From a bacterium (GTDB lineage: Bacteria; Margulisbacteria; Marinamargulisbacteria; GCA-2716485; JAYNIM01), in contig JAYNIM010000001.1 in NCBI GenBank assembly GCA_038109055.1, positions 89,527-153,526 on the forward strand: 64,000 nt of DNA, written 5' to 3'. Every line of letters begins with the position of its first letter. Positions within the stretch are counted from its first letter, which is position 1. Positions 1-9,331 of this stretch are shown piece by piece. The notes under the pieces were generated by a model. It ran no database searches. It had not been told where the DNA came from and saw only the letters and a program-made list of their open reading frames with translations. The position numbers and the translations under genes are program-made.

Positions 1-558
1 ATTTAGACTGCTCTCCCAACTAGGTCCCCAACTTTGTTCAAAGCTGCCATAGCCAATAGCCCATTTTTTTATTTTTCTGATTATATAGCTATTATCATAA
101 GCTAGTTCTTTTTTGTTGTTCCAATCTTTTTGTATGTTTAGACTTAAATTCGCATGGTATTTTTTATAGGATTTTGGGAGGTTAATTTTTAGTCGGTTAT
201 TTACCTGTGTTGCGTTTAAAAAATAAGTAAAGAAATCCTGTGATTTATGTTGTATTTCTATGTTTCCTAAATTATTGTGAGGCTGATGGACTATTTTTTT
301 TAGTTTGTTGACTGCTTTTTTTTGATCGAAGTTTAAGTCGTTTTGATTGATGTTTTGATAGGCATCTCTTAAAACCGTTAGGTCTATGGGATAGCTGTTG
401 ATGTCTATTTTTATAATGTTTTGGTCGTTTAAATAATGGAGAAGATAGCGCTCAGAATAGGTGTTTGGGGTCCAGAAAAAAGCGTGATTATTTGCTTGTA
501 TTAGAACTGTATTTATTAATATGGATAGAACTAAAAAAAAAAAATTATGTTGTTTCAT
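1..558 (-). CDS. hypothetical secreted protein, 3' end cut by the window edge
   Basis: Hand translation of the minus strand is open from ATG (558-556) to base 1. It is absent from the ORF track because it has no stop in the window. Sequence: MKQHNFFFLVLSILINTVLIQANNHAFFWTPNTYSERYLLHYLNDQ...GYGSFEQSWGPSWESSLN. The N-terminus is hydrophobic and signal-peptide-like. The start overlaps the upstream ABC gene end by 14 nt. Confidence 0.55.
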   Translation of the reverse strand, partial: MKQHNFFFLVLSILINTVLIQANNHAFFWTPNTYSERYLLHYLNDQNIIKIDINSYPIDLTVLRDAYQNINQNDLNFDQKKAVNKLKKIVHQPHNNLGNIEIQHKSQDFFTYFLNATQVNNRLKINLPKSYKKYHANLSLNIQKDWNNKKELAYDNSYIIRKIKKWAIGYGSFEQSWGPSWESSLN

Positions 559-2284
559 TCTGAAATAATTCGTTATAGCTGCCTGTTTTGGAGATTTTTC
601 CTTGATCAAGAATGATGATTTTGTCTGCATGTTTGAGATTTGTGTGTCTATGTGAAATAGCAATTAAGGTATATTTTTCTTTAATGTTGTGCAGAGCTTC
701 TTGAATTTTTAAATCACTTTCATTATCTAATTGGGAGGTTGCTTCGTCAAATATCAGGCATTGAGGTTTTTTGAGTATAGCTCTTGCAATTGCGATTCGT
801 TGTTTTTGTCCGCCAGATAAACCACTGCCATTTTCTCCGAGGGGGGTATCGAGTTTGTTAGGGAGGGTTTCTATGAATTCCCAAGCATTTGCTATTTTGC
901 AGGCTTCAATTAGCTCCTTGTTGCTGGCATTTTCTTTTCCGATACATAGATTGTTTTTTATTGTTTCTTTAAATAGAAAAGGATTTTGTGGGACATATCC
1001 AAAATATTGTCGCCAGTTTTGTAGTTTGATGTCCTGGATAGGAATATTTTGACAGGTGATGTTTTGATTTTTTATGTGGTAGAAGCGTAATAGTAGGTAT
1101 ATAAGGGTGCTCTTTCCTGAGCCACTTTCTCCGATTATTCCTGTAAATTGCTTGTTTTTTATTGTTAATGAAATATTATTTAATGCTTTTTTTGTAGTAC
1201 TGTCGTATTGAAAGTAAAGATTCTTTATTTTTATGTCACCTAAGGTTTGTAGATCTTTTTTCCCTGTTATAACGTTTGATTTTGTTTCTAATATATCTTT
1301 AATTCGAAGAATACATGGAATGGTTTCTTGTATGTGTAGCCATTCTGCAATGAAGAGCTTGAGTGGGGCAGCTAAAAAGCCTATCATGGTGAAAAATTGT
1401 AATAATTCTTCTTTTGTTAATGTTTGGTTTTTTATTTGACTATTGCCACTGTATAAAATAAATAAAATAAATGGAAATATAATAAGTTCTTGAATAGGGG
1501 TACTGCTTATTTTTATTTTTATTCGTTTAAGTTCGGTTATGATGTAATCTTGATTAATTTTTTTAAAATTATTTATCATTTTATTTTCATAATTAAAGCC
1601 TTTGATTACTTGGATACCAAGTAACATTTCTTGTAACGTATGAAGCATTTTTGAATACATGCTTCGGATCATAGAAGCTTTTTTCTTAATGTATTGGCTG
1701 AGTATATAAATGATGATTCCAACGATGAGACTGCCAGAGAAACAGATTAAGGTTAACTTATAATTTATAATGCATAAGCTTGTGATTAAGCTTATGATGA
1801 CGAATGCGTTTAATATAAATTGTCTTCCGATGGTTTCAATTAAATTATTAAATAATTGAATGTCATCCATGAGAACGGCTAAGATTTTTCCAGAGTTTTT
1901 TTTGTCAAAATAATGAAAGTCTAATTGTATAATATGTTTGAATAATGTGATTCTGTACTTATATATTAGTTTTGTTCGGAACCATTGTAATAAATATTGG
2001 TATCCGAAGAAGCTTATATTTTTAATGAGTAGTATGGCGATTAAAAATATGGCTAAATTTAATAGAGTAGAGGTATTTATATGTAAAAAATTGTTTATGG
2101 TTTCTTGAATGTGGTTAGGAGTTAGTGGGATTGTAGTATTGTTTGTGCTTTGATGAAGGAAAGATCCAAGATAAAGACCTAATAACGCCGTAGATAAGCT
2201 ATAAATGATCCCTAGTATAAATATTAATAGAATATAGCCTTTAAATGCACTTATTTGTTGGATAAGATTTTTTTTAAAGTTCAT
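545..2284 (-). CDS. msbA: ABC exporter with fused permease and ATPase, MsbA-like lipid A/lipid flippase
   Basis: N-terminal 6-TM-type domain. Walker A GESGSGKST, ABC signature LSGGQKQR, Walker B LIFDEATSQLD, H-loop ISHRH. It lies directly downstream of kdsB-kdsD-kdsA and overlaps kdsA by 11 nt. The ABC call is firm; the msbA assignment rests on context. Confidence 0.75.
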   Translation of the reverse strand: MNFKKNLIQQISAFKGYILLIFILGIIYSLSTALLGLYLGSFLHQSTNNTTIPLTPNHIQETINNFLHINTSTLLNLAIFLIAILLIKNISFFGYQYLLQWFRTKLIYKYRITLFKHIIQLDFHYFDKKNSGKILAVLMDDIQLFNNLIETIGRQFILNAFVIISLITSLCIINYKLTLICFSGSLIVGIIIYILSQYIKKKASMIRSMYSKMLHTLQEMLLGIQVIKGFNYENKMINNFKKINQDYIITELKRIKIKISSTPIQELIIFPFILFILYSGNSQIKNQTLTKEELLQFFTMIGFLAAPLKLFIAEWLHIQETIPCILRIKDILETKSNVITGKKDLQTLGDIKIKNLYFQYDSTTKKALNNISLTIKNKQFTGIIGESGSGKSTLIYLLLRFYHIKNQNITCQNIPIQDIKLQNWRQYFGYVPQNPFLFKETIKNNLCIGKENASNKELIEACKIANAWEFIETLPNKLDTPLGENGSGLSGGQKQRIAIARAILKKPQCLIFDEATSQLDNESDLKIQEALHNIKEKYTLIAISHRHTNLKHADKIIILDQGKISKTGSYNELFQNETT

Positions 2285-3110
2285 CTAAATTTTTACAATA
2301 GTTGTGTATCTTTGTGAGTGTTTTGATGGTTGTTTCGCATTTTTTTAATGTTAACATGGTTGCTGCATCACTTTTAGCTTTTGTTGGATTTGGGTGTATT
2401 TCAAGAAAAAAACCTGAAACACCTATGCTTGCAGCTGCTTTTGCTAGATCTAATGACAGGTGAGGGTCTCCTAAACTGTGGCCTTGACCTTTTCCAGGTT
2501 TTTGGACGGCATGTGTGATGTCGTAAACAACCGGACAAAATGATTTCATGGTAGAAAGGGCTCTAAAGTCTACAACTAGATTTTGATAGCCGAAACATGT
2601 ACCACGTTCTGTGAGAAATATATTTTTATTGTTTGTGGAGTAAGCCTTTTCTAGTACATATTGCATGTCTTCTGCAGCCATAAATTGTCCTTTTTTGATG
2701 TTGACGGCTAAGTTACTTTGAGCAGCGGAGACGATTAAATCTGTTTGTCTGCATAGAAAGGCAGGTATTTGTATAATATCTATAATGTTTTTGATTTCGT
2801 TGACCTGCCATGTTTCGTGGATGTCAGTCATGATGGGAATTTGATACTTTTTTTTGATTTTTTCTAAGATTGATAATGCTTTTGAAAAACCAATACTTCT
2901 AAAGCTATTTATTGAGCTACGATTTGCTTTATCGAAGGATGCTTTAAACACGATATTTATTTGTTCTTCTTTTTGTAATTTAATTAAGAATTCTGCGATT
3001 TCGTCGCAAATACTCTCGGACTCAATTGCACATGGCCCACTGAAAAAAACCAGTTTATCTGTGCCTAAGGAAAGTTTTTTTGTTAAGGATATTTGTTTTA
3101 TTTGATTCAT
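2274..3110 (-). CDS. kdsA: 3-deoxy-8-phosphooctulonate (Kdo-8-P) synthase
   Basis: Full-length match to KdsA hallmarks: FFSGPCAIES, FKASFDKANRSS, MTDIHE, IPAFLCRQTDL, NIKKGQF, LTERG, YDITHAVQ. Confidence 0.9.
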   Translation of the reverse strand: MNQIKQISLTKKLSLGTDKLVFFSGPCAIESESICDEIAEFLIKLQKEEQINIVFKASFDKANRSSINSFRSIGFSKALSILEKIKKKYQIPIMTDIHETWQVNEIKNIIDIIQIPAFLCRQTDLIVSAAQSNLAVNIKKGQFMAAEDMQYVLEKAYSTNNKNIFLTERGTCFGYQNLVVDFRALSTMKSFCPVVYDITHAVQKPGKGQGHSLGDPHLSLDLAKAAASIGVSGFFLEIHPNPTKAKSDAATMLTLKKCETTIKTLTKIHNYCKNLDEL

Positions 3111-3114
3111 TTTC

Positions 3115-4086
3115 TTAGGTGTTTATTTTTCCTATGATATCGTGCAATCTAAGTAAACCGCAAAGTGTATTTTTTTTAGATATTACAGGAAGAATTGATA
3201 TCTCCGATGTTCTATTTTGCATTTTTTCTAAGGCTTCTTTAAGGGTTTCATTCTCTGTTGTTGTTAGTGGATTTACGGTCATGATGTCTTTTGCTTGAAG
3301 GTTTTCGAATTCTTTTTTCTTTTTAGCCATACGACGAATATCGCCATCTGTAATGATACCGAGTAATTTTTTATTTTTATCAGTAATGCATACAGCGCCT
3401 AAAGGTATTTTTGTTAAAATATCTAAGATTTCTTTACTCATACTGTTAGAGGTTAAACAGCATAAAGTATTTAATGGGTGCATGTTGTTTTTTACAGGTT
3501 TAAGTAAGTGGCCGAGTGTTCCAGCAGGATGATTCTTTTGAAAATCTGCTAAGGTTATTTTTTTCATTGACATGAGTGTGATGGCGATAGCGTCTCCCAT
3601 TGCTAATGTTGCAGTTGTGCTGCAACTTGGGAGAATGTTTAATGGGTCAGCTTCTTTTTTTACTTTTATTTCTATGTGATGCTGTGCCTTTTGTGCTAAA
3701 GGTGAGTTGTTATTATTTGTTAAGGCGATTGTCGTACAATTTTTGTGTTTAAGATAGATCAGTAAATCTAGGAGTTCTTGCGTTTTTCCGCTATTTGAAA
3801 GTAGCAGGCAACAACTTTTGTTTTCTATGATACCAATATCGCCATGTAAGGCTTCGTTTGGATGTAGGTAAATACTTTTTATACCTATACTTGTCAGAGT
3901 AGCGGTGATTTTTTTTGCAATGAGGCCAGATTTTCCTAAGCCCGAGAGTATGATAGGGTGCTTTGTTTTATTTAATAGTTCACAACAGGTAGTAAATGAG
4001 TGATCTAGATTATTGGCTAGGTCATTTAATACTCTTGCTTCAACTTTTATTACATTTTTTGCTATTTCTAAAAGGGTACTTGTCAT
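3115..4086 (-). CDS. kdsD: arabinose-5-phosphate isomerase (KpsF/GutQ/KdsD family; SIS domain plus CBS pair)
   Basis: SIS motifs GLGKSGLIAKKITATLTSIGIKSIYLHPNEALHGDIG and LLLSNSGKTQE. C-terminal tandem CBS-like region. Located between kdsB and kdsA. Confidence 0.88.
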   Translation of the reverse strand: MTSTLLEIAKNVIKVEARVLNDLANNLDHSFTTCCELLNKTKHPIILSGLGKSGLIAKKITATLTSIGIKSIYLHPNEALHGDIGIIENKSCCLLLSNSGKTQELLDLLIYLKHKNCTTIALTNNNNSPLAQKAQHHIEIKVKKEADPLNILPSCSTTATLAMGDAIAITLMSMKKITLADFQKNHPAGTLGHLLKPVKNNMHPLNTLCCLTSNSMSKEILDILTKIPLGAVCITDKNKKLLGIITDGDIRRMAKKKKEFENLQAKDIMTVNPLTTTENETLKEALEKMQNRTSEISILPVISKKNTLCGLLRLHDIIGKINT

Positions 4087-4091
4087 GCTAT

Positions 4092-4811
4092 TTAGATAGT
4101 TTTTAAATCTTCTGGAGAGTCTACTGCCTTGATATCCTTTTCATCGACTTCAAAGGTATGTATGGGGATAGTCATATCTAGAAATCTTAATTGTTCTAAC
4201 TTTTCTATATTTTCTAGTGAACTATTTTTATGCGTATTATATTTCTGTAAGATGTCTTTTGTATAGGCATATATACCGACATGCCCCCAATGTTGTTTTT
4301 TTTGTAGCCATTTTGTTTGTTCTAAATCTCTGAAGTAAGGGATACATTGTCTGGAAAAGTATAAGGCTTGGTTTTTGCTTGATTTTACTACTTTTACAAC
4401 ATTTTTATTTCTTAATTTTTCCAGGGTATTTATTTGATAGATAGGTGTTAAAATACGCTGTGTATTTTTTTTCCACTCTTGTGTAAAGCGGTTAATGAAA
4501 TCTAGATTACTTAGAGCTTCATCTGCTTGTATGTTTAAGATGTAAGGACTGTTTATTTCTTCTAAGTTGTTTGTAATTCGTTCTGTTCCACAACTACAAG
4601 GTTTGTCAGATAGAATGATGTTATCTACTTTGTTATGATATTTTTTTTTGATTTCATGGCTATCCGTTATGATGATACATTCTTTTTTAAAGGTGAATTT
4701 ATTTGTTTGATCTAAAAGGTAGTCTAATAAAGGTTTATCTTTTATTAATTGTATTATTTTATTGGGGAATCGTTTTGATTTTAAACGAATAGGGATTACG
4801 ATTGAAATCAT
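4092..4811 (-). CDS. kdsB: 3-deoxy-manno-octulosonate cytidylyltransferase (CMP-Kdo synthetase)
   Basis: N-terminal IVIPIRLKSKRFPNK (IPAR-S-R-P-K pattern), NIQADEAL (variant of QGDEP), EKLEQLRFL. First gene of the Kdo operon. Confidence 0.85.
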   Translation of the reverse strand: MISIVIPIRLKSKRFPNKIIQLIKDKPLLDYLLDQTNKFTFKKECIIITDSHEIKKKYHNKVDNIILSDKPCSCGTERITNNLEEINSPYILNIQADEALSNLDFINRFTQEWKKNTQRILTPIYQINTLEKLRNKNVVKVVKSSKNQALYFSRQCIPYFRDLEQTKWLQKKQHWGHVGIYAYTKDILQKYNTHKNSSLENIEKLEQLRFLDMTIPIHTFEVDEKDIKAVDSPEDLKTI

Positions 4812-4921
4812 AAATTTCAGTGTACTAATTTTATTGTTTATTTGTAAATTGATTTGGATAAAAAATATTGAGAATTAGATCTATGTTTTAATAGAGGGTA
4901 TTTTTTATTAAACATTTGATT

Positions 4922-4950
4922 TTGCGTTCGTTTTCGTTCTGTGTTATATA
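4922..4950 (+). promoter_or_regulatory. candidate sigma70-type promoter for the small + strand gene
   Basis: TTGCGT (4922-4927), 17-nt spacer, TATATA (4945-4950), about 45 nt upstream of ATG 4996. Pattern match only, in AT-rich DNA. Confidence 0.3.
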
Positions 4951-4995
4951 TGAGAATAAGCTTAATGGCTGAATAAAAAAAATATGGAGGATACA

Positions 4996-5172
4996 ATGGA
5001 ATTTTATAATGTTAAGTTGAAAAAGAAAGTAGAGGTTGATGAGGCTGATGTGGAAATAATTACCATGAAAAATGGTAGACCAGCTGCAAAAGCAGAGGTC
5101 ACTATTGAAGGTGAAACTCATAAAATGTTTAAGATCCTCTCAAAAGAAGAAGCTGCTAAAGTTTCAGGTTAA
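4996..5172 (+). CDS. small conserved-looking protein (58 aa), Cys-less relative of a small zinc-ribbon family
   Basis: GGAGG at 4986-4990 sits 5 nt before ATG 4996, so I prefer this start over the track start at 4984. Sequence: MEFYNVKLKKKVEVDEADVEIITMKNGRPAAKAEVTIEGETHKMFKILSKEEAAKVSG. The KNGR...F(K/R)I core resembles small CxxC...KNGR...CxxC proteins. Confidence 0.6.
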   Translation: MEFYNVKLKKKVEVDEADVEIITMKNGRPAAKAEVTIEGETHKMFKILSKEEAAKVSG

Positions 5173-5189
5173 TTTTTAGAGTTTGTTTA

Positions 5190-5198
5190 GGGGGGGGG
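5190..5198. repeat. G9 homopolymer tract in an intergenic region
   Basis: Direct reading: gtttag-GGGGGGGGG-cag, 18 nt after the stop of the 4996-5172 gene. Confidence 0.95.
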
Positions 5199-5463
5199 CA
5201 GTTATATCATCATAATGGATTTATTTAGGCATATAAATTAAGAAGTAATTATTTCCTTTTAATTTTTGACTCAATTTTATGTTGTTATTGTTAATGTTTG
5301 ATGCAAGGCAGTAGATGAATTTTGTATTTAAGAAAGTGCTTGAATTAGTGATATATCTTTTTTAGAGTTCTGGCTGTTTAGCTGTTGTTGGATTCTATAT
5401 TGTTAGTGATAACAGCTTCGCTGTATGTGGTTTTTTTGAAACTGATTGGGATTAATTTTATTT

Positions 5464-7857
5464 CTATTGGTTAATGATCCCTGCTTGTTTTCCGCTAATA
5501 ATTAAGTTGAATATTATTTGGGTTACATTTGTGACTATTTTTAGTATATTAGGGGGTGTTTTTATACGTTCTTCTATGTAAATAGAGTCACCTTGTTCAA
5601 TCACTCTTGGATTTATGATAATTTTTCCGTTAGCTTTAAAGACTAAGATTTTTCGTTTTAATGCAAAATAAGTGGTGTTTCCTGCTAATTTTATGTAGTA
5701 TTTTGTAGGTTTATTTTTTGTGTATAGGTAGTGCCCGGGTTTGTTTACACCACCTGCGATTTGTATAGTTTTTGGATGTTTAGGGATGAAGATGATGTCT
5801 CCATTATTTAGTTTGATATTAGATTCGGACGTTTTCAATTCTTTGAGTGTTTTAGGTGTGTGTAGGGATATTCTGTTTGTTTGTGATATTTTTAAGGATT
5901 CTAAATAGGCGATACTTGCTTGTTGTAACGGTATAAAGCTACTTGGATCCTTTAGTGGAGGCGACATTAAATATAAATGATTTAATTGTTCTTTGATTAT
6001 TTTGTTATATATATTTGACTTTTCTTTTTCAAGTTTTGGTCGATATAGTTCCAATCCGTATAGAAAACTATCTTTTTTTAGTCCGCCTGCTCGTTGTATT
6101 AGGCTGTATATTGTTTCATTTTGTTTTAGTGCATATTTACCAGGGTTTTGAATTTCCCCATCTAAAGTGACATATTTTGCTGTAGTGTACCCTTTGATTG
6201 TAGAAATGAATATAGCGTCGTTATTTTTTAATATAAAAGGCTTTTGTTCTTTGAGGTTGATTGTGTAAAGTCTTGTTTCTCCGTTTGTTTTGGTTCGTAA
6301 TATTTGTATGTTGCTTGTATCTGCATAAGGATGTAGTCTGGTTAGTTTTAGAGCCGTCTTTAGTGAGAGATCTTTGCTTAGATAGAATGAGCCTTCTTTT
6401 TTGATGGCGCCGTTAAGGGTTATTTTTACGTTCTCTCTTGATTCTTCTATGTTAGGGACCCGAATTATGTCCCATTCTTGTAATGTTATATTTTCTTCAG
6501 ATATGTTTGTAACAATGGTGTAGTAATTACCTTTTTTATCTCGTCTTAAAATTTCTATACTTTCTTTTTCTGCGTTTTGATTAAAGCCTTTACATTGTTT
6601 GATTAACTCTTTTAGGGTGAAGTTTGGTTGCAAGGGGTATATTCCAGGACTATGTATTTCTCCTAGTACTTTTACTGCGTTTGTTAAAGTATTAGTTTTT
6701 TTATGAACGATTACTCTGTCACCTGGGTGAATTTTTATGTTTTTGAGCACTTGATTGCTTTTGTTTTTTATATTTATGGCAATTGCTTGATTTTCTTCTT
6801 CTCGTAGAATGCTAAAATTTTGTGTATTTGCGTCTATTGTTGTCCCTGCACCGTATTTATATACCATGTCGTAAAGGCTTGTTTTATCATCTATTTCATA
6901 GATAGCTTCTCTGTTGATGGCTCCTTTTATTGAAGCTAATTTTTTAATGGGGGGGATATAGATGATATCGTTTTCTTTTAATGTTATATTATTTTTTATT
7001 TCTCCGTTAATTAAAAAATCGTATAAATCAATGACTCTGTTTTTGTTGCTTTTACGTTTAATTTGAATGTTTCGTAATGAGCCAACTTTTTTAGGGCCGT
7101 TTGCGTTGTAAAGTGTGTTTATTATGGAGGATTTGTCTTTTATTTCGTATGCACCAGGGTTATGAACCTCTCCTAATATAAATATAGTTATTGTTTTGTG
7201 TCCAACTAGGTTGATTGTTAGGTTTGTATTATTATATTTTTTATTTAATTTTTCTTTGATTATCCATTTTGCTGCTTTTATTGTTTTTTTTTGTAGTTTA
7301 ATAGCGCCTAATTGTGAAATATATATGGTATTGTGTGTATCTAAGGTGTAGGTTTGTTCTTGGTTAATTCCGCCCCAAAATCTTATTTTTATGCTGTCTC
7401 CTGGACCTAGTAGATAGTTTTCGTTTTCTGAGTTATGGATGTTATTGGGAGTATATTTTTTTAAGTACTCATATCCAAATTGTTTTATAATTGTTGAATT
7501 AGTTTCTGTGAGGTTAGATTTTGTTTCATTTGTTTCATTCTTTTTTAGAGTTCTTTTTTTTTGGGTATCAATCAATGTTTTTATGTCTTTAGGCGGTAAA
7601 GGTAGGTTTAGTTGAGTATTAAAGTATTGTTCGTGTTTTGATAGGTCAGTTTTATTTTGGTTTTTGGTGGGTGGGGTGCTTATTTTTTCTTTTACTTTTT
7701 TTTCTTTCTTATTTGATTGCTTACTGTAGAGCTCCTTTAATTTCATTATCTCCTTTAATTGAGAGGATGAAAATTCTTGGCTAATAGTGATTGTTTGGAT
7801 GCTTAAAATTAGTAATAGTGATAGGCTGAGTTGTTTTATTTTTGATATTTTTTTCAT
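5464..7857 (-). CDS. outer-membrane polysaccharide export (OPX) protein, Wza/KpsD family, with multiple SLBB domains
   Basis: Signal peptide. Poly_export-type motif LLGPGDSIKIRFWG...LGAIKL. At least four repeats of the SLBB pattern (V.V.GEV..PG.Y......TL..LI..AGG). At 797 aa it is much longer than Wza. Confidence 0.8.
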   Translation of the reverse strand: MKKISKIKQLSLSLLLILSIQTITISQEFSSSQLKEIMKLKELYSKQSNKKEKKVKEKISTPPTKNQNKTDLSKHEQYFNTQLNLPLPPKDIKTLIDTQKKRTLKKNETNETKSNLTETNSTIIKQFGYEYLKKYTPNNIHNSENENYLLGPGDSIKIRFWGGINQEQTYTLDTHNTIYISQLGAIKLQKKTIKAAKWIIKEKLNKKYNNTNLTINLVGHKTITIFILGEVHNPGAYEIKDKSSIINTLYNANGPKKVGSLRNIQIKRKSNKNRVIDLYDFLINGEIKNNITLKENDIIYIPPIKKLASIKGAINREAIYEIDDKTSLYDMVYKYGAGTTIDANTQNFSILREEENQAIAINIKNKSNQVLKNIKIHPGDRVIVHKKTNTLTNAVKVLGEIHSPGIYPLQPNFTLKELIKQCKGFNQNAEKESIEILRRDKKGNYYTIVTNISEENITLQEWDIIRVPNIEESRENVKITLNGAIKKEGSFYLSKDLSLKTALKLTRLHPYADTSNIQILRTKTNGETRLYTINLKEQKPFILKNNDAIFISTIKGYTTAKYVTLDGEIQNPGKYALKQNETIYSLIQRAGGLKKDSFLYGLELYRPKLEKEKSNIYNKIIKEQLNHLYLMSPPLKDPSSFIPLQQASIAYLESLKISQTNRISLHTPKTLKELKTSESNIKLNNGDIIFIPKHPKTIQIAGGVNKPGHYLYTKNKPTKYYIKLAGNTTYFALKRKILVFKANGKIIINPRVIEQGDSIYIEERIKTPPNILKIVTNVTQIIFNLIISGKQAGIINQ

Positions 7858-7970
7858 TTTTAGAATATGTTAGTATGTAAGAGAATAATTTTCAATTTAA
7901 ATTTTTTGTTTTTATAAACCTTGATTTTTTTTCTTGAAGTTAGTAACATTATTATTGTCCCGTTTGGGAT

Positions 7971-8007
7971 AAAGCTCTCGGAGATCCCCCCCCTATTCGA
8001 GAGCTTT
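7971..8007 (-). promoter_or_regulatory. intercistronic stem-loop with a 10-bp perfect stem and a 17-nt loop containing C8 (G8 in the transcript)
   Basis: aaagctctcg (7971-7980) pairs perfectly with cgagagcttt (7998-8007). The loop is gagat-CCCCCCCC-tatt. The stem starts at the last base of the secretin-like gene stop codon. No U-tract follows on the minus strand, so it is not a canonical intrinsic terminator. Confidence 0.6.
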
Positions 8008-8981
8008 TATAAAATCTCTGCTCTAACGAATATAAATATGGCAGAGTATGATATTTCTTCGTTGCTATAGTTAAAAATTTTTTTAAGTAATTTATTTTTT
8101 TTGAATTTTAAAATTCCCCCTGTATTTTTTTTCTTTTTGTTTTCAATTAATTTTGAAATTAATTTTGTCTCATTGTTTTGCAGAGTGAAATTATTTTTAA
8201 ATTCTCTTTTGGATAGTACGGGGTAGTTGTTTTCGCCTAATATTTTCCATAGTTTTACGTTGCTAATTTGGATGTTTTGTTTTATGTCAATTTCGGTTTC
8301 GTTTTTTATTTCGGCATAAATACTTATGTTTAGTCCATTTTCTATCTGTTTTATTTCTTGCCAGATGACGTCATTTTTTATGATGTTGTTTTGATAGGGA
8401 GTACTTTCACCGAACTTGATAGTATTTGTCTCACCTATTTTGCTAATAAAAGTAGGATTGGCGATCATTTTTGCTTCTCCTTCTTCTATTAAATTTTTTA
8501 GTTTTATATTAAATTCTGTTTTTATTTTTTCGTTTAAGGTGTTGGGATTGATGTAGAGGCCATTATTGAGTCGTGAAAGAGGGCCTTCGTTTTTTTTGTT
8601 GTTTTGAAAGGACGCTTCAATTATTTCTATGCTTATTTCTATAAATTTATCTTTTAGATCGATCGTTTTTATGAAACTTTCCAGGATATCTTTTTTTGTG
8701 TCGTTGTAGGTGATAAATAGTTGGTTTTGATTTTTATTTATAATGACGGATACATGGGGAAATTTTTCTAATATTAAACGTTTACATAGTGTTGGATTAA
8801 TGTATTTGATTTTGTAAAATAAGTTTTGCTGGTTGATTTTGTTTTCATCTAATTGAGAGAGTAGGCGTTGTTCTTCTTGATTTTGATAGGTTAGTACTGC
8901 AGTATTGGCATTCGTTTTTATGTTAAGTATCAGGATGCTTAATATAATGAGAAATATTACTGAATGTGTTTTGATGTGCAT
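8007..8981 (-). CDS. miniature secretin-family outer-membrane protein (324 aa)
   Basis: Signal peptide. By eye it aligns block by block with the secretin C-domain: IEISIEIIEAS; EAKMIANPTFISKIGETNTIKFGESTPY; GLNISIYAEIKNETEIDIKQNIQISNV; C-terminal SAIFIFVRAEIL (compare LMLFIRPTVI). Confidence 0.65.
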   Translation of the reverse strand: MHIKTHSVIFLIILSILILNIKTNANTAVLTYQNQEEQRLLSQLDENKINQQNLFYKIKYINPTLCKRLILEKFPHVSVIINKNQNQLFITYNDTKKDILESFIKTIDLKDKFIEISIEIIEASFQNNKKNEGPLSRLNNGLYINPNTLNEKIKTEFNIKLKNLIEEGEAKMIANPTFISKIGETNTIKFGESTPYQNNIIKNDVIWQEIKQIENGLNISIYAEIKNETEIDIKQNIQISNVKLWKILGENNYPVLSKREFKNNFTLQNNETKLISKLIENKKKKNTGGILKFKKNKLLKKIFNYSNEEISYSAIFIFVRAEIL

Positions 8982-8983
8982 GT

Positions 8984-9331
8984 TTATCTTTTAAATATAA
9001 GGGTTATATTGGGGTTATTTTTTTTAGAACTTATTTTTTCTATCTCATTCATGGATAGCCACTTTATAAGAAGCGATTTGTTTTTTTTGAGTTGATTTTT
9101 GTTTAATGTTATGACTATTCTTTTTTTTGTTTTATGTATTGATTCGGGGCTAATGATCTTTTTTAGATCTGACAGCATATTTTTTTTTATGATTGATTGG
9201 AGTTGTTGTTGATGGCTCGTATGTGTTTTTATTATGGTTTGTAATTTTTTTTTTGCTGTTTGCCAATCCTGAAAATGGCTTGCACATAGTAAGAATACGA
9301 TGGGGAGAGATATGTATTGATTAATTTTCAT
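8984..9331 (-). CDS. hypothetical small exported protein, possibly a lipoprotein (115 aa)
   Basis: N-terminus [20 protein letters not shown] (hydrophobic, with a Cys). Lies 2 nt from the secretin-like gene and is overlapped by 11 nt by the upstream gene. No recognisable domain. Confidence 0.5.
   Translation of the reverse strand: MKINQYISLPIVFLLCASHFQDWQTAKKKLQTIIKTHTSHQQQLQSIIKKNMLSDLKKIISPESIHKTKKRIVITLNKNQLKKNKSLLIKWLSMNEIEKISSKKNNPNITLIFKR

Noticed and set aside
533-544. A12 run (T12 on the coding strand) spanning codons 5-9 of the left-edge ORF and the msbA-like stop region, considered as a possible phase-variation site.
   Set aside because: A/T homopolymers are frequent throughout this AT-rich, skewed sequence. 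The tract encodes a plausible FFF in a signal peptide, and nothing singles it out.
4888-5121. 77-aa minus-strand ORF overlapping the small + strand gene and the kdsB upstream spacer.
   Set aside because: It is a hydrophobic, low-complexity translation with no SD. The + strand ORF has a strong GGAGG and a coherent, family-like sequence.
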